Assembly (NCBI GenBank): GCA_965153285.1
Contig: OZ229115.1
Length of the DNA stretch: 64,000 nucleotides
Origin: Podarcis tiliguerta
Lineage: Eukaryota
Strand: one strand, 5' to 3'
Shown here piece by piece: positions 38,263-51,166 of this stretch; within the stretch, counting starts at the first letter, position 1; every line of letters begins with the position of its first letter. The notes under the pieces are model-generated. The model made no database searches. It saw only the letters and a program-made list of their open reading frames with translations, and had not been told where the DNA came from. Made by a program: the position numbers and the translations under genes.

Positions 38263-39502
38263 CTCCTTTCCACCTCACCCGCGGGCAAATTCAGAGTGGA
38301 GAAAGGCAAGAGGAGCAATAAAAGGTGGAGCTGGAATATAGGAGGTCCACAAGATATGGAGTAGTTGCCTATTTAAGTGACCCCACATGCTGATATTTGT
38401 GAAGTGTGCGCAGCACAGGGCAAAACAACAGCAAGCACATTCCCTAGCAACTGTTTACAAAAGCAGATAGCTACCTACCATTTATCTCACAGAGCTGGAC
38501 ACCACCTATAAGCTGGAATGCTAAAGGTCATGTGTCCGTGAGCACCACTTCCTCCTGCTTGCTTTAGTGTGATAAAACCGAGAGCCTGCCCTGTTCTGAT
38601 GAGTTGGCGCATCATGACTTCAGAACCATTATCTCAATTCTGAGTCACCTGCTGTGTGGCTATTGCAGGAACTTTGGCAGCTAAATGGTTTAAAGCACGT
38701 ATCCTTTCATCTGCCAGACCCCCCTACAATACAAATGATGTTGGCATGGCTGCATTTTGTCTACAGCAATTCAATAATTTGGAGACAACAATGTCTCACA
38801 GATCTCTGCTGGAAAGCATATTCAAACATGTACCATTGACTCCTGTGTTGATTACTCACACAGGGGGCTTAAAAAAGAATGCAGTCATCAGCAAACACAA
38901 CAGTGCACACAGAAAACAGGAAGATGGAAGCATTCAAAAGTACTAAAGAAAACCCTCCCCGTGCTCTTGCCAAACTCCTAATAATTTTGGCTTTCCAAAA
39001 AATAAAAAATAAAGTTGGATTATTCTGCTCTTCATGTATCAAAACAACCAATTAACACAGCTAATTAACGTCATGAACAGCAGTCAAAAGAATGGTAATT
39101 TAAATTCAGGATTTCAAAGCTTTGCTGATCGTGGGCCAATGCAGCTAAGCACAGGGAGGCTGAAAGTGTTTGCTTATTGCAATACAATTTTATAGTGTAC
39201 CATCAATTAGCAGCATCACAGGGAATGCTCACTCGCATGATTCATTTGTCTAATCAGAACAAAAAAAGGGACGAAAAAGAGAGGGGGAGAAATAACACTC
39301 CTTAATGTATGCAGTATCAATTTTTCCAAATAATTTATACCGTAGCTGGAAATGATTGTGAAGAACAAATTGTCCTTCTTTAAAGTGTACTGGCATACAG
39401 AGTTTGTTTTTCTTCCCTCTAGGGTGTTCAGAATATGAAATATGGCACAACAGGGTCAAAGAATCATAGGACATTTTTGAAATCATTCCTTAAGAAGTTT
39501 GC

Positions 39503-39588
39503 AGCACAGTCCCAGACATGTCTGCTCAGATGTAAATCCCACTGAGTTCAATGGAACTTACTCCCAAGTAGGTGTGTACAGGATTGCA
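39503..39588. mobile_element. About 80-bp palindromic mini-element
   Basis: gcacagtcccagacatgtctgctcagatgtaaatcccactgagttcaatggaacttactcccaagtaggtgtgtacaggattgca, an imperfect hairpin. Confidence 0.7.
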
Positions 39589-40077
39589 AATTACTAGCAA
39601 AATAAAGACTGTCAGAGGATATCATGATTTGCCCCTAGCATCTTGGTATCTTTTGGACACAAAATGCCTGTAGTGAACATGGCCAAGAATATCCAGGAAA
39701 GGATATTGTAACTTCTGTTGTGAAATTCTCTCTTGCCATTGCTTTCAACACTGCAGACATCCTCATCATCCAGACACTCCGCCTCTTGCTTCCTCCATGC
39801 GCACAGTGCACTGGTGCTGCTATCTTGCTTAAAAACAGCCATTTCTTGTGTTTTCTGTCACATCTGCCCACTCTTTAGATTTTGAAGATTCTACCAGCAA
39901 CCCATCCCTGTCCTCAACACTTGAGAAGTTTACTCCTCTCTTCCAGTAAACTATTCTCCTAGATCACCTTTTCTTTCTTTCTTTCCTTCCTTCTTTCTTT
40001 TTTTGAAATGGACTTCGCTGAGTTTCTAGAATTTCCTTCTAAGTCTGAGGTTGGAGAACTTTTACCAGTTTCTTATA

Positions 40078-40318
40078 CAGTCGTACCTTGGATCTCGAAT
40101 GCCTTGGCTCCCAAACAAATTGGCTCCCAAACTATCAAAACCCGGAAGTGAGTGTTCTGGTTTTTGAACAATTTTCGGAAGCCAAACGTCCAGCATGCCT
40201 TCCGATTGGCTGCAGGAGCTTCTTGCAGCTAATCAGAAGCTGCGCTTTGGTTTCCGAATGTTTTGGAAGTCGAACGGACTTCCAGAACGGATTCTGTTTG
40301 ACTTCCAAGATACGACTG
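40078..40318. mobile_element. Tc1/mariner-pogo (Tigger-type) MITE, second family
   Basis: TIR cagtcgtaccttgga / tccaagatacgactg (1 mismatch), TA on both flanks, internal inverted gattggctgcaggagct / agcttcttgcagctaatc. Confidence 0.88.
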
Positions 40319-43256
40319 TACTCTGCTTAACCAAACTGAAGCCTGGTTGCCAGTGGCAGCCAGTCTGGTGGGGGCAGAGCTGCAGAATCACTTTGCTAAT
40401 GCTGGCACTGCTATAGCTTATCAAGATGGAAATGGGGCTGCATGGAAACTTCCACCACGGCCATTTGCCATTACTGCCAGTGGGCCCCCACAACCTTGTC
40501 ACCACGACAACCCTGCTCTTCTCCAATCCCATCCAGGTAAACTATAGGGACATGGCTCTCTTTCACCATACTGGTTGCTCAACTGAATGTATTGTCTCCT
40601 TGTGTCCCTGCTTCCCTCCCTCCAATTTTAGATAATAAGCTCCTCAGTCAGGAAACTGGTTTTTCATTCACTAGGTTGTAAAGTGCAAAGTACATGGATG
40701 ATACTATATTATTAACAGACAGCAACAGCAACAATAATCATGGTTCTATTTCTATTATACAGAGAAACAGTGGTGAAAAAAGTTAGCATGCAGCTCAGAG
40801 TGGTTTTCTGTAAATCCTTGGGACTATTACCACTTTTTAAGGCATAAAGCTCTAATGAAGATCTATAGACTCAATCTCCTGAAGTCACGGTTTGAATCCC
40901 TGCCTCCTTTTTATTAAGCTCTGGCCGCTCTTGCCCACTCAATCATCCTTAGCATAAAGGAGTGCATTAGCTGCTTCTTTCATCCTATATAGAAAGAGAT
41001 TTTCATATCATGTTGCAGATTTTTGATAAAATGCCTAAATAATGGGCATTTATTAAAAGTCATGTGCTTTATGTGAATGTGCTATCAATTCTGGTAGTGA
41101 AAGACAGAGGCAGCTGTAAAGGTCAGATCGTAATCAACAAGATGAAGCTGAAGGCCCAACAATCATCCTATTTATTATGTATCTGATGTAGCTCATCTCC
41201 CACCTCCCAGAACATGAGATTCAACACAATGTACTTGTTTAGCCAACTTAGGGACTCAAAGCCACATCTTGCAGCATGAAGACTGCTGTGTTTTGCCCTG
41301 TTTATCCTTTAGTTCTAAAAGTATTTCTATGCAAAATCTGCCAGTCAGACAAGTCAGGAGGAGGCTGAGTCATCCATAGTTATTTACTTATTGTTCACTT
41401 ACTTAGAGTCATTAACCATAGAAAATAGTGCTGTTCTGTTCTAGTAGTTTCAGCTAGCACTGTAAGAACATCTTTGGGTAGATCAAACCATAGGTTTTGG
41501 CTCCAACTATGTTTTATTCTGGAGAGCTTATCTCTGTGAGAATGAAGATAAATTGCAATCTCTTAAGTTTTAGTTTCACATCAGGCATTGCAGTCTTCAC
41601 CCAAGTTCCACAAAGTCTACCATTTGTGAATTTACACCAATGACTAAACTTAATCTGAACTTCATTTGTGTGCATTTTAATTGTGACTTAATGGATATGC
41701 AAAATGCTATACATTACAATTAATAAGCCCAGCTAGCAGGGGGGAAAGGAAGTCTCATAATGCACCTTGTAGAGTCAGGCCATTATCAATCACCATTTTA
41801 ATGAAGCATAATTACATCCGTTTATGGTTCCCACCAGGTAAGGCAATAATGGTAGGTGCAACCAAACAAACAGAGAAAACGAGTTGCTTCTTAGAGCTAA
41901 TATTAATTGAACAACAGTTAACTGGGCAGGCCAAAGCTGCCCCCCTACAAAGCCATAAAAATAACAGTACTGGTTAAAATCCAAGAGAATATAAGTAATG
42001 TGAACTGGAAGTAGTTAATTAACAGTGCAGAAACCACTTTAGGTGAAGTAAAGCCACACACTATTGGGTCAGTTAAATTAAGAAGTCATTTTGGCACAGT
42101 CAGTATCTTCAGACCACATAGTAGCTCATGAATTTTCCACTTTAAAAAATGTTGCTCTTTAGATGCATGTTCAAACAGGGGTTTCACTTTAGTTCAGATG
42201 TTCAAATGCATCATTTCCAGTAGTGGATGGCTTGGTGGGGCACCATCAGTCACTCAACCTCTGGTTGGCCATGATACTACTGCTTTCTGAAAGGCAGAGC
42301 TAGGAGATGAGGCAGTGGGCAGATTAGCATGGTGCAAACACATGGGCTGGAGAGCTAGATTTGCTCTGCCAGTGTGTTCGCACCACCATTGTCCCTCCCC
42401 CTCTACTCCCTCAAACTTCTCAACTGAGGAGAGGCATATTACACATGGACAACTTGAATTTCCACTGCCTTATTCACATTTCTGATGGACAACTGGCGAT
42501 CAGGAGCGAGATCAGCAGGCACTATCCCAGTCCCTGTCCATTCATGCATTGAAAGAACATGTGAAAAGCACATGATACAATTCTGCTGATGAAGTTAAGC
42601 AGGTCTGGCCTGGCCATGTAAGCTGTATCACTGAGAAACAGCATGGGAACCATATTTAAGCAGTTCCAAGCTCTTTGGGGGAAGCAGCAAGATACTGTAT
42701 GAGTTCCCTAAGCTCCTGCTATCTATAGTAAGAGATGAGAGAACTCTTTCAAATCTATGCCTCAGAGCTTCATGCATGTAAGTAGCAGGAGGCAAATATG
42801 TATAGAAGCACAAGTTCAGAAGAAACAGTGTGTGTTTGGGAAAGTGTTGGGCTAAAAAAATAAGCTTTAATACACAGACTAGAATAGTGACTGCCAACCT
42901 TTTTGGGCCCAGGGGCACATTTGAAATGTTGAGAGTATGTTGTGGGCTCCAGTCACAAAATGGCTGCCACAAGAGAGTGTGACTTGAAAGAAAATTGATA
43001 ATGCTCATATTCCTATATAAAAAGCCACAAGTGATTGGTTGACCTGAAAGACCAGAGTACAAATCCCTACACATTCACGAAGATGACTGGCCAATTTTGC
43101 ATCAGTCACTGTCATGCAATCTGACTTACCTCACAGGATATATTTCAGCTGCCTGGAAGATAAAACTGCAACAGCCAGCCCCAAATGTTTAATCTATCTA
43201 ATTTAATTTCTCCACATTACGTTCCAAGGGCTAGCATAACTACAATTTCTATCTGG

Positions 43257-43448
43257 ACTCCTAGACATGCCTACTCAGAAGCAAACTCTGTTTAGTTTAG
43301 TGGGTGTTAGTCCCTGGTAATTGGCTATAGGATTGGAGCCTAAAAGGTCTCCTCTCCAGTGACTGAAATCCTAGACACACCTTCTTGGGAGTAAGCATCA
43401 CTAAATACAGTGGGACTTACTTTTGTATAAACATGCATAGGCTCACAC
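43257..43448. mobile_element. Two adjacent, oppositely oriented 80-bp palindromic mini-elements
   Basis: Copy A cctagacatgcctactcagaagcaa...ataggattggagcc; copy B cctagacacaccttcttgggagtaag...gggacttacttttg...catgcatagg. Confidence 0.6.
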
Positions 43449-44789
43449 TGTGAAGCCATTCCTTCTGGATCGCTGACTCCACACCAAGTAGTGTTGCTGT
43501 CTCTTAAGATACATTCTTAATGAAGCCACTTTAATGATTATATATATAATTGAACTTACCCAACCTGGCTAATGTAGTCACCTACATCCCTGCCCCCCAT
43601 CCCACTCTGATGTTTATTTGCATTAAGTCCTGTGTTATTTGGATCTTGTTAACTAAGAAAGAGCATCTCAACCTGCTGCAGTGGCCACAACATTGAAAGG
43701 AGTTGAATATACAGCAGGCATTTTCCACTACAGAAGCAAATAGGTTACTTTCCTCCCCTATATGACACAAAACATATTGCAGCCAGCAAATAAAAGGATG
43801 GGAGGAGGAACCCAATCAGCAGAAAGAGGAACCCAGTCTGCATTGGGCTCAAGCTACCAGTTGAACCGTATTCCATTTGTTGCTACAGAGATTGAAAGTG
43901 GGAGGAGAATTTCACTAGAAAGAAAGAGCTAGCCAAACAAATGGCAGAAAGGGGACAGAAAAGGAAATCAAGTGCTCTGCAGCTCATGTACCCAGAGTGA
44001 CTCACTGTGGACTGCTTTGAATGGGTACATGATGCACCTGACACCAAGGGCATAAAGCCCCAAATAGAAATGCCCTTCAGGGCAAGGAAAAGCAAAGAGA
44101 CAAGACTCAAGGCAGGGGGGGCATCCCATTTGCCGCTCCCTCCCCCACTCTAAACCAAAATGCATAAAAGAGCAGGAAGGCAGTCTATGAAGCAAGGGAG
44201 GGGAAGGCATCTAAAATGGCTAATACAGCACTCCTAAAAATCAACAGGTTTTACTGTCACCTTCTGGGACCCTTAGAAAGCTCACCGATTCTAAGATGAT
44301 GCAAGCTGAGCAGGCATCCCCATTGCCTCTTCTCTCTATACCCCCCCCCCACCAAAATGGCCTCGAGGTCTAAATAAAGAGGAAAGGTATACCCCTCCCT
44401 GCTTCTCCACCTTCACCAAAATGCCCTCTGGGGCAATAAAAGGGGGAAGACAGTCCCCTCACCACTACCCCACAAATAAAAATGCCTTCCTATGCTAGAG
44501 AAGTAGGAAGGTCAACTATAAGGGGAGTTAGGAATTCTTCCCTGCTGCTTATCTGTCCCTCAAAGGAGGGGAGCTGTTGACTGCCCAACCAATTGGAATA
44601 AAAGGGGGTGGATTCTTCCAAGGCTAGGAACTGCTCTGACGTATGGGGCAATATGAACCTCATAAAGGGTACTTGCACATTTTGCTGCATAACTTTTTTC
44701 TAGGAAGTTTTGGGACCCTATCTACGCAGGCATCATGGCACCAGTTGGGCAACCCCCGAACTAAAAGTTCAGTATGCTAGACTGAGATG

Positions 44790-44895
44790 TAAAGATTGGC
44801 CCAAAGTTAACACAAAATTTCAGGCTGAACAGGAATTTGAATCCTGATAACTTTGGTCTAAGTCCAGCACTTTAGCCGCTATATTACAATGTCTT
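44790..44895 (-). mobile_element. MIR/CORE-like tRNA SINE relic
   Basis: ggcccaaagttaacaca...ggctgaacaggaatttgaatcctg...agtccagcactttagccgctat (reverse B-box/A-box). Confidence 0.45.
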
Positions 44896-45006
44896 GGGAA
44901 AGGACAGTGCCAAGACAGACTCAAATGCTCAATAATGATGCATATACTTTATCCAAATGCTTGCTAAAAGCAAAGCCTGTGATTAGCTCATGGCGCCGTT
45001 CAGATA

Positions 45007-45146
45007 ACAGAATCACAGAATTGTAAAGTTGAAAGGGACCATGAGGGCCATCTGGTTCAATCCCCTGCAATGCAGGAATCTTTTGACCAACATGAGGCTT
45101 GAACCCACAAACCTGAGGGTAAGAGTCTTGTGCTGTACTGAGCTAT
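45007..45146 (-). mobile_element. tRNA-derived SINE with CR1 3' tail (lacertid POM/Squam2-like)
   Basis: Reverse complement atagctcagtacagcacaagactcttaccctcaggtttgtgggttcaagcctc...ggtccctttcaactttacaattctgtgattctgt has A/B boxes plus a CR1 (ATTCTRTG)n tail. Confidence 0.8.
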
Positions 45147-45195
45147 ACCTGATAATATTTCTCCATGGGGCTATTAGCAGTGGACCAAAACAGTA

Positions 45196-45408
45196 CAGTG
45201 GTACTTCGGGTTAATAACTTCACTCGTTCTGGAGGTCCGTTCTTAACCTGAAACTGTTCTTAACCTGAGGTACCACTTTAGCTAATGGGGCCTCCCGCTG
45301 CCGCCGTGCGATTTCTGTTCTCATTCTGAAGTAAAGTTCTTAACCTGAGGTACTATTTCTGGGTTCTGAGGCTGTAGCCTGAAGCGTCTGTAACCCGAGG
45401 TACCACTG
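45196..45408. mobile_element. Tc1/mariner-pogo (Tigger-type) MITE
   Basis: TIR cagtggtacttcgggtta / taacccgaggtaccactg, TA flanks; homologous to 13335-13552. Confidence 0.92.
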
Positions 45409-46866
45409 TAGTTATTAGAACATGAAGTCTCCCCTAACCCTGGGGGAATAAACCACTGACACCCCCCCCCCATCTATGATTTTTCGCTGAGACCAATCCT
45501 GTGGAGAAATGAAATCTGAATGTGTGGTTTCCAGTGAAGAGAAATTGAGTCAATCTTGTTTTTCCTTTGACTGTGCTGAACTCCTTCTCCTTCTGCCCTC
45601 CTCCCCCTTTTGCTGCAGCTTGCAGGAGGAGCCAAGACGCCATGGGACATAATGTAACATCACAGCCAGAAAGTTGGAGCTCTTTTATGATTTCCTTGCC
45701 TGGAACCATTGGAGGAGGAATACCTCCTAGTGGGTTGGGCATGATCAATATTACACCCAGGATTTTCTTTTTTTCATGGGAGAGATTCATATGAAGGTGG
45801 CTGACTTTCAGCCACCTCAGACCCCCCCCCCCCTTAGGGCCTTCTGAAGCAATAACTATTAATACATTACTTGCCATTTGTCTGATGCAATTCCTTGCTC
45901 CACATCCATCTTTGGAGAGCTGACTTTCATTAACACTTCAAAAATAATTTAAGGTTTTCGCTGTGAAGGTTAGAAACTTTTCACAGCTCAGAGCTAATAG
46001 CTCTGCTGTTTATATGCTATAATGTCTTGATAACCTTTTCAAACCCACAGTGGCCAGCAGCTGGGACCAGCTCTTGCTATTTTTGTTCCCGGAAAGTAGC
46101 AGCAGAAATGCTGTGACTTTCTGCCCTTCGAATGGGCATTTCTTCTCTTTAGGCTTTTCTTTCATATTCACGCTAACAGAAAAGACCTCACCTTTTCTCC
46201 TGTACTGAAAGGCAACCAAACCTGCCTTTCCCAGGAGAAATGAACTAGTCAAACTGAATCGCAGAAACCCAGCTCCAAATCAAAGCTTTAATTTGGGTGA
46301 AGCATTGGGGAAAACAGTGGAGGAGTGGGGGAGAAAAAAAATCTCAGGACCTCTCCCTAAAACATAGAAGCACTTTGTATATGTGCACACACACATACAT
46401 GATCTATGGCAGAGATCTTTCTGATATTTGACAGAGGTGACTGTCAAAGCTTATGTAATGGCACAAGACATGTCCAAGAGGTATCAGCAAGCTTGTGTGT
46501 ACACCTGGGTTTGCAGAAATAGTATCCAGCATGCATACACATCCACCCATACCCCCACTTGATGTTTGGTTTGCAATAAGACAATGTATAATTTTTTATA
46601 ACAGAAAATATGCATAAATCTAAGAGAAACAGTAATATTTGCTGTTGGAAAGGGGGGGGGGAGAGAAATGAGAGTTACTAACAAGAGCGATTCCAAACTG
46701 CCACTATTTTCTGGTGGGATTCAATCACATACTGGAAAATTAAGGCTGTGCAATTAAAATGGATATGGGGGGGGGGAGCAAGCTACACACCTCAAAAAAT
46801 CAGACTTTTTGCGATAAGAAAGGTGATGCACTGGAAAGTGTGGAATATCATTTGCTTGATATAATA

Positions 46867-46970
46867 TCATCTACCCTCCCTGAAAACAAATCAGAATGAA
46901 TTCTTAGTAAGTAACCAGTGTCATCTAATCTTCCTGAAAACAAATCATGATGAATGATCCATAACCAAGG
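46867..46970. repeat. Diverged 54-bp tandem duplication
   Basis: tcatctaccctccctgaaaacaaatcagaatgaat (46867) versus tcatctaatcttcctgaaaacaaatcatgatgaat (46921). Confidence 0.8.
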
Positions 46971-49529
46971 TGCTTAGAGGAAGCCCAAAGCTGGAGGGTT
47001 GTCCTGATCCTCTCTGGGAGATCTCCCACTTGCCTCTTTGCCTCCCTTTATCTACTTGTAGATTTGTAAATAAAGCAAATATTCCAGAAATTCTGTTAAG
47101 TCTCTGTTCCTTCTCTCCCATTTAAACTGCTAAAGTACTATTTGCCCTTATAGCAACCCAGCCAGGTTTTGTAGGCAGCTTAGCTAAATTCCCCAGAGAA
47201 AGTGACAAATTTAGTGGAAAGCAGCAATGAGTCAGGGTTACAAAATAAGAATGGCTACAGATCAGGCAGTGGAACAGAAAGGAGATGAAATGGCCGAAGT
47301 AGCTAAATTAGGTCAGTGCATATGACTTTCCTGCTGCCGTTTTTAGGTTATGCAAATGACTCGGGGAGACAGAATTTTTAGGCTTCCCAAATTCACTGGC
47401 AGGTCTGAGAAAACACAGCCAAAAAGCAACCCACGATTTACAGCTACTCCGGAATTGGGTCAACATACGGCAATGTGAAAATTAAAGTCAACAAATGCAA
47501 AGTAATGTTTGTTGCTGTGCGATTCTGGGAGCCCCTGCTAGGCCTAATTTATATAAATGGCTCTGAGAAGCTGACTGAAAACTGGTTAAGTCTGCTGACA
47601 ACATGGAATTGGGCATCCGAGTGGATGCAGCAGGAGGGGGGAGACCAGAAGAAGAAAGAAAAGCCAGCATAGAAATGTTAGAGTCTCTTTCTCCCAGCCA
47701 TGTTGCTTGGCTGATGCGCAGCAAATGAGGCTTAATGTTGACAAATGCAAAAGCAATGCTTTTTATTTCTTAACAAAAGCAGATGACAGAATAGGACTTT
47801 CCTGGGATCTCAGCAGGAGTAAGTTTGCAACATCCAGAGCAGATAAAGGGGGAAGGAGGGGAAGAGGCTCTTTCTTCACATAGCACAACCAAGAGATGCA
47901 TTTTCACATAAGGAATAAGAAAGCAGAACTGCAGAAATAACTTTCACCTGCTCAACTTTTCTTCTAAGTAAAAAGGAATGAATTGGAAAATATATTTGCA
48001 AAAAGATGTATTTGAATAGTAAAAACTCCATTACTATCCTGCTCAGAACTGCCCCCTCCTGTAAACAGGCAAAATACCTATACCTCCCTCAGACAAATGC
48101 TACACAAATTTTAAAAAGCAGAGAGCACCCCCAAACAAGCAACAATAAAAAGCCTATAAGCCTCAACTAAAAAAAAAGGGGGGGGAGGAAGTGACAGGAT
48201 GCCTTGGTGGGTGTCAAGGAGAATGTCTGAGGGTGTTACGGTGCCCATGGGTTCCACGCTGGGGACCCCTAAATGAAATAGCACGAATAGCCAGAGATTA
48301 GCTGGAGACCAGGTTGAGGGGTTTTCATTCCCACCATGATGATTGCTGATGGATGGATAGCCTTTGTGCTTAATTTATGCTTCTGAGTTCATTTAGCATG
48401 TATCTACATGGCTTAGAGGTGGGAAAGGGAAAGTATAACCTACAGGTCTGCCAGCTAATTGGGTCTCCTTAGCTGGGCCATGTTTAGGAGTCATTTCCCC
48501 TAAACTCTGATGCTTTTCATATTCCAGGCATTCCAGAGTGGTCTTTCCCATTCAAAATGTAAAACGAGAAACACTGTTGTTAGGCTGAGTGAGAGAGCCA
48601 TGTCAGACATCTGATTTCAGGTGTCATGAAAGGGCAATAAATGGTTTGCTATTTAATTTGTTTCTATTTTACTTTTACTACCAGGGAGGGAGGGAGGTAC
48701 TTGTGGGATTTTCTGACTCAGGTACTAAATAACTTGGCTGGCCTTGGTTATTACACACTTTGGCTTTCATTCATTCATTGGTTTGTCTGTATTCCACTTT
48801 TTGGCTCAAAGGTCCCCCAAGCAGTGAACAGATTAATACAAAAGCAAATATAATACAAAATAGCAAACATCAGGTGCCCCATCATCCACACTTTGTGCAC
48901 TAGTGAGCTGCATCAATGCTCTCACCACAAAGGCAGTTCCCCAGCATCTACCTCTCACTTAGAAGTCAGGTTGACCCACCCCTCCATCTTTGACGTAGGA
49001 GCAAGCCCATTCACAAACAATTGCCAATGGGGAGTTTCCTCGCTCTCATCCTAACCCAAAGGACCAACTCAAAGAGTAACCTTCACCTTCAGCATCAGCT
49101 CCCCCTTTAGTGCTGCCTCAATCAGCCCACAGACACCTCCAATTAAACAGACTTCTCCTTAGAAACAGCTAAGGTGTGGCCAAGTTCTCACTTTTGCTCT
49201 CCACAGGTGAGGCTAGATGGCTCCACCTTCTGGCTCCTCAACAGGCTGCTGTTCTCCACAGGTGCAAGACAGATGCCGTAAAGAAGAGTTGGGGAAGCTA
49301 AAGTTGGCATTTGCCTTCCTATTATTGTTACCTGCTGTCTCCATTTGTTTGTGTGAATGGAGGGGACAGGGGCACCATCTGCTTCTGCTCTAAACGGTGA
49401 ATGCCTTGGGCTGGCCCTGCTTCCTAGCCATTGGGTCCATTAGGAAACACCTGTCAAACATTTGGCACATTAGCAAGCAATGTCAAGCAAAAAAGGGTTT
49501 GACCAGACAGCATCCATAACAGCATGGTA

Positions 49530-49833
49530 TAGAAAAGGAGTGGGAATGTTTTTCAGCTCAAGACCCGCTTTTCTTTCTGAGGAACCACCAGAAGCTAAAT
49601 GCAAGGTGTTGGTAGAGCCAAAGGCAAAGGTGGGCAGAGGAACGAATATGAATTTTACCTGTGTTCTGTGGACTAGTTTCTACACACAAACACACACAGC
49701 CACACCCTCTCCATCCATTCAGGAAAGCATAAAGACTCAAGAAGAATGGAAAGCAAGGTTGGGAAGGGGTGTGTGTCCTGGGAGTACAAAGGGCCGGATA
49801 GAGAAGCCCTGCAGACCTGCGGTTCTTCATCCC
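49530..49833. mobile_element. hAT-like non-autonomous element, decayed
   Basis: aggagtgggaatgtttttcagctcaagacccgc ... agggccggata...cctgcggttcttcatccc, degenerate terminal inverted motifs. Confidence 0.45.
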
Positions 49834-50836
49834 GGATCCAGGTTAATGATACAGACATTGGGAAGCACAACGCACACCAGAATTACCATAGAAGCCACAA
49901 GGAATAGTTGCAACTACAATAGGAGAAAAAGCAATGTCTAAAGTAAAAAAGGAGGACATTGAGGATAAAATGCAAGGTCCTACCTTGACCACCAACTTTA
50001 TAGCACAATTAAAGGGTGTCTCCATTTAAAACAACATTCGGTCTAAAAGTTCCAGTGAAGCAAGAAGCGTCTGTTGACACCAGCATTAGAGTGACTAAAT
50101 GAATAAAAAGTCCTAAGCCACTGTAAAGAAGACCTGTGAAAGGAAAGGTAATATAAAGGGCTAGACACAGATGTACTGTATCAAATAAAATCCCAGTGCG
50201 TGACCCCTTTAAAAACAAATCAACTCAAGCTTTCAGACCTTCTCTGTGCATTAAACCACTTGAAGCACAAGTCAAATAGTACAGAGATCTCTGCAAGACC
50301 ACTGTTAACTCAGTGTTGAATCCGAATTCCCACCCCCAGTAATCCTTCAAGGGCACGTGGCCATTGGCAGATTTCAAGAGACTTGCTTAACACCTTGCTA
50401 AAGAAAGAAACAATGGAAAGTACACCTAGAGAGCAGGTCATAAATTGCTAACCTAGAGAGCAGGTGGTAAATAGCACAAGTGGTTTCTGTGCTAGCAGAG
50501 GGGAAAAAACTATCTCCAGTTTTATCCAAATTATACAACAAAAGTTTAAGGTATTTAAAATCAGGGATGTATGAAACCTACCCGTTTAGTTCTATGGATA
50601 TATCCACCTTGTGGAACAGTGATATTGCATGCCCAGGGTGATTATGCTCATTAGAGTTATATGTCATACCATTGCTGCAAAGGTCATTTGCATTCTCGTT
50701 TAACTACTCTGTAATCAGAACATATTCTTCCCCATCATGCCTCATTCCATGCAATTGGTTTAACTGTCAATACTTTGGACAAGTCATCACTTCTTTTGCA
50801 TATTTGAATCAGCAAGAACTGCTTGGAAACTTATTA

Positions 50837-51166
50837 CAGGAACACCCTGTTTTATTGTATTTCACCTACATTACTGCTTAGGAGGAGGTTGCGGGTGCAG
50901 CTGCAGGCAGCCCAGCTGCTTCCAGGAGAAGGAAGCCCCCTGCTCCTGCCGTCCCGCTTCTTGCCACAGAAGTGGAGCTGGCTAGGGCTGGAGGTGGGTT
51001 TTCCCTTCCCATTCCTGCAGCCAGCAGGTCATGGCTTAATAAGCAACTCTATAGTGTCAACATAACTTCTAAATGCACTGGGAAACCATTGTAACTCACT
51101 TTAGTACAATATTCACTTTATTGTGCTAGTCTGGAACTGAACCTGTAATATCTATGAGTCTATTTA
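50837..51166 (+). mobile_element. Tigger1-like non-autonomous pogo element
   Basis: 5' end TA|caggaacaccctgttttattgtatttcac and 3' end cttaata...tatagtgtcaacataac...atgcactgggaaacca...actcactttagtacaatattcactttattgtgctagtctggaactgaacctgtaatatctatgag both resemble the recalled Tigger1 consensus ends; GC-rich filler at 50880-51030. Confidence 0.7.

Noticed and set aside
38592-38630. CTGATGAG hammerhead-ribozyme core inside a small hairpin (also at 60673)
   Set aside because: No GAAA following stem II and no compatible stems I/III.
41365-41376. Isolated ARE/AP-1 (gctgagtcat) and octamer (atgcaaat near 47350) motifs
   Set aside because: Single short motifs are expected by chance in 64 kb.
45090-45146. 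tRNA-like sequence (also the SINE heads at about 11560-11640 and 5590-5658)
   Set aside because: Degenerate SINE heads fused to LINE-derived tails; no intact cloverleaf.
50425-50475. Short direct repeat acctagagagcaggt x2 (also accccgta x3 near 60010-60048)
   Set aside because: Ordinary slippage micro-duplications with no further structure.
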